Shown piece after piece: positions 60,924-64,000 of a DNA stretch of 64,000 bases (positions are counted from its first letter, which is position 1; every line of letters starts with the position of its first letter). A program made the translations under genes and the position numbers. Location of the stretch: the NCBI GenBank assembly GCA_964618905.1, contig CAZUDK010000001.1, forward strand, positions 13,982-77,981, in the 5' to 3' direction. The DNA comes from an uncultured Candidatus Saccharibacteria bacterium (GTDB lineage: Bacteria; Patescibacteriota; Minisyncoccia; Phycocordibacterales; Zambryskibacteraceae). The notes under the pieces were generated by a model. That model was not told the DNA's origin. It made no database searches and saw only the letters and a program-made list of their open reading frames with translations.

Positions 60924-62176
60924 TACCCTCTTAGTCTATTGATCTTTTCGTGCTGTCTTATTTTTTCGTGGGCTTTAGCTTCAATCTGCCTGATGCGCTC
61001 TCGCGTAACGCCGAATACCTTGCCTACTTCTTCCAAAGTATGGGTGTAGCCATCCAGAAGACCATGTCTCATTTCCAGAATCTTTCTTTCCTTGGGAGGC
61101 AGGTCATCGAGGATTTCGCGCACCTGGTCGGAGATAATTCTGCGGGAAGACTCCTGGTCCGGAGAGAGGATTTTATCGTCTGCCAGGAAGTCTCCTAGCT
61201 TTGACTTACCTTCATCACCTTCATCCCCTACCGGAGATTCAAGAGATACAGTAGACTGATCTATCTTCTCTATCTGGTAAATCTTTTCTACGTCCAGATT
61301 CATTTCCATAGCTACTTCTTCTTGCAAAGGTTCTCTGCCAAGGTCTTGAGTCAGTCTGCGTACTACCTGTTTGTATTTAGCAATGGTTTCCACCATGTGC
61401 ACCGGCACGCGGATGGTTCGCGACTGGTCAGCTAAGGCACGAGTTATGGCTTGCCGTATCCACCATGTTGCATAAGTTGAAAACTTAAATCCTTTAGTCC
61501 AATCAAACTTTTCTACAGCCTTAAAGAGACCAAGATTTCCCTCCTGAATCAAGTCGAGCAGCGTCAAATCCGGACTTCTATTAGCATATTTCTTGGCAAT
61601 AGAGACAACCAGACGCAAGTTTGCTTTTGCTAGAAGATTTTTTGCTTCAAGATCTCCTGCCACTATGCGCTTAGCCAGCTCTTTCTCCATTGATCCTGAT
61701 ATAAGCGGATACTGACCTATCTCTTTCAGATACATCTGTATTGAGTCATAAGTAGAATCACTCTTTGAATATGAGTATCTCTTACCTCCTTCTTCAGATG
61801 GAATCTCAAGAAGTCCTCCTCCTTCAAGTACGTCAATTCCGACAGTATTAAACCTGTCGTAAAGCTCATCCAAAAATAGAATATCGGATTCTATATTAGG
61901 GAACTCTTTTATTATTTCATCGTAAGTTACAAATCCTTTTTCCTTACCGCGAGAAATAAGCCTTTCCATTTTAAGGACGGTATCCAGCTTTTTCGCTCTT
62001 TTCTTTTGCGGGCTTTTAGTATTGGTCTTTTTTACCGTCTTTTTGGTTTTCTTTGCAAAGACTTTTTTAACAGAAGTTTTCTTTGCTGTGCTCTTTTTTG
62101 AAACAGCTTTTTTACTAACCTGCTTTTTGACAGGCTTTTTTGTTCCCTTATTTTTTTGTTTAGAAGTTTTTTTCAT
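60917..62176 (-). CDS. rpoD: RNA polymerase sigma-70 factor with a Lys-rich N-terminal extension
   Basis: Regions 1.2 to 4 are present. [10 protein letters not shown] is region 2. The region 4 HTH is [20 protein letters not shown]. Confidence 0.9.
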   Translation of the reverse strand: MKKTSKQKNKGTKKPVKKQVSKKAVSKKSTAKKTSVKKVFAKKTKKTVKKTNTKSPQKKRAKKLDTVLKMERLISRGKEKGFVTYDEIIKEFPNIESDILFLDELYDRFNTVGIDVLEGGGLLEIPSEEGGKRYSYSKSDSTYDSIQMYLKEIGQYPLISGSMEKELAKRIVAGDLEAKNLLAKANLRLVVSIAKKYANRSPDLTLLDLIQEGNLGLFKAVEKFDWTKGFKFSTYATWWIRQAITRALADQSRTIRVPVHMVETIAKYKQVVRRLTQDLGREPLQEEVAMEMNLDVEKIYQIEKIDQSTVSLESPVGDEGDEGKSKLGDFLADDKILSPDQESSRRIISDQVREILDDLPPKERKILEMRHGLLDGYTHTLEEVGKVFGVTRERIRQIEAKAHEKIRQHEKINRLRGYQ

Positions 62177-62193
62177 GCAAACACTTTTTTATG

Positions 62194-64000
<1,807 letters not shown>

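Overview
This 64 kb window looks like a streamlined bacterial chromosome at about 40% GC, and its gene content is consistent with Candidate Phyla Radiation / Patescibacteria, although I cannot confirm that without a database search. Several housekeeping proteins are shortened relative to their usual forms: AlaRS lacks the C-Ala domain, UvrC lacks the HhH2 domain, YchF is about 90 aa short, and a HisRS-like protein has no anticodon-binding domain. Peptidoglycan genes (ddl, mltG, mreB, PAP2) are present. The core genes are alaS, a family-4 UDG, mnmA, mltG, leuS, ychF, ddl, uvrC, uvrA, uvrB, tgt, mreB, priA, def, fmt, hpf, typA, dsbA, rpoD, dnaG and the 3' end of rpoC. A roughly 13.7 kb region of higher GC (about 20.3 to 34.07 kb) is best read as an integrative genomic island sitting against the 3' end of tRNA-Ala(UGC). 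It carries a tightly coupled type I restriction-modification operon (hsdM, hsdS, hsdR) with two Rx4H (HEPN/DUF4145-like) genes interleaved, an Xis-like HTH gene at its head and a membrane-anchored S49 peptidase at its tail. The island also has a MobC-like RHH gene, a second Xis-like HTH, and tandem tyrosine and large serine recombinases. I would look first at seven things: the RM-HEPN-protease operon; a NUDIX domain inserted inside LeuRS; a PriA whose Walker A and B motifs are degenerate; a GIY-YIG gene flanked by a duplicated tRNA-Asn 5' half that carries a 20-nt palindromic insertion; a 123-nt structured element bounded by 17-bp inverted repeats; a SET-domain protein; and a 1485-aa beta-helix/Ig/TSP3/2xSH3b surface protein. 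I found no CRISPR array and no rRNA gene.
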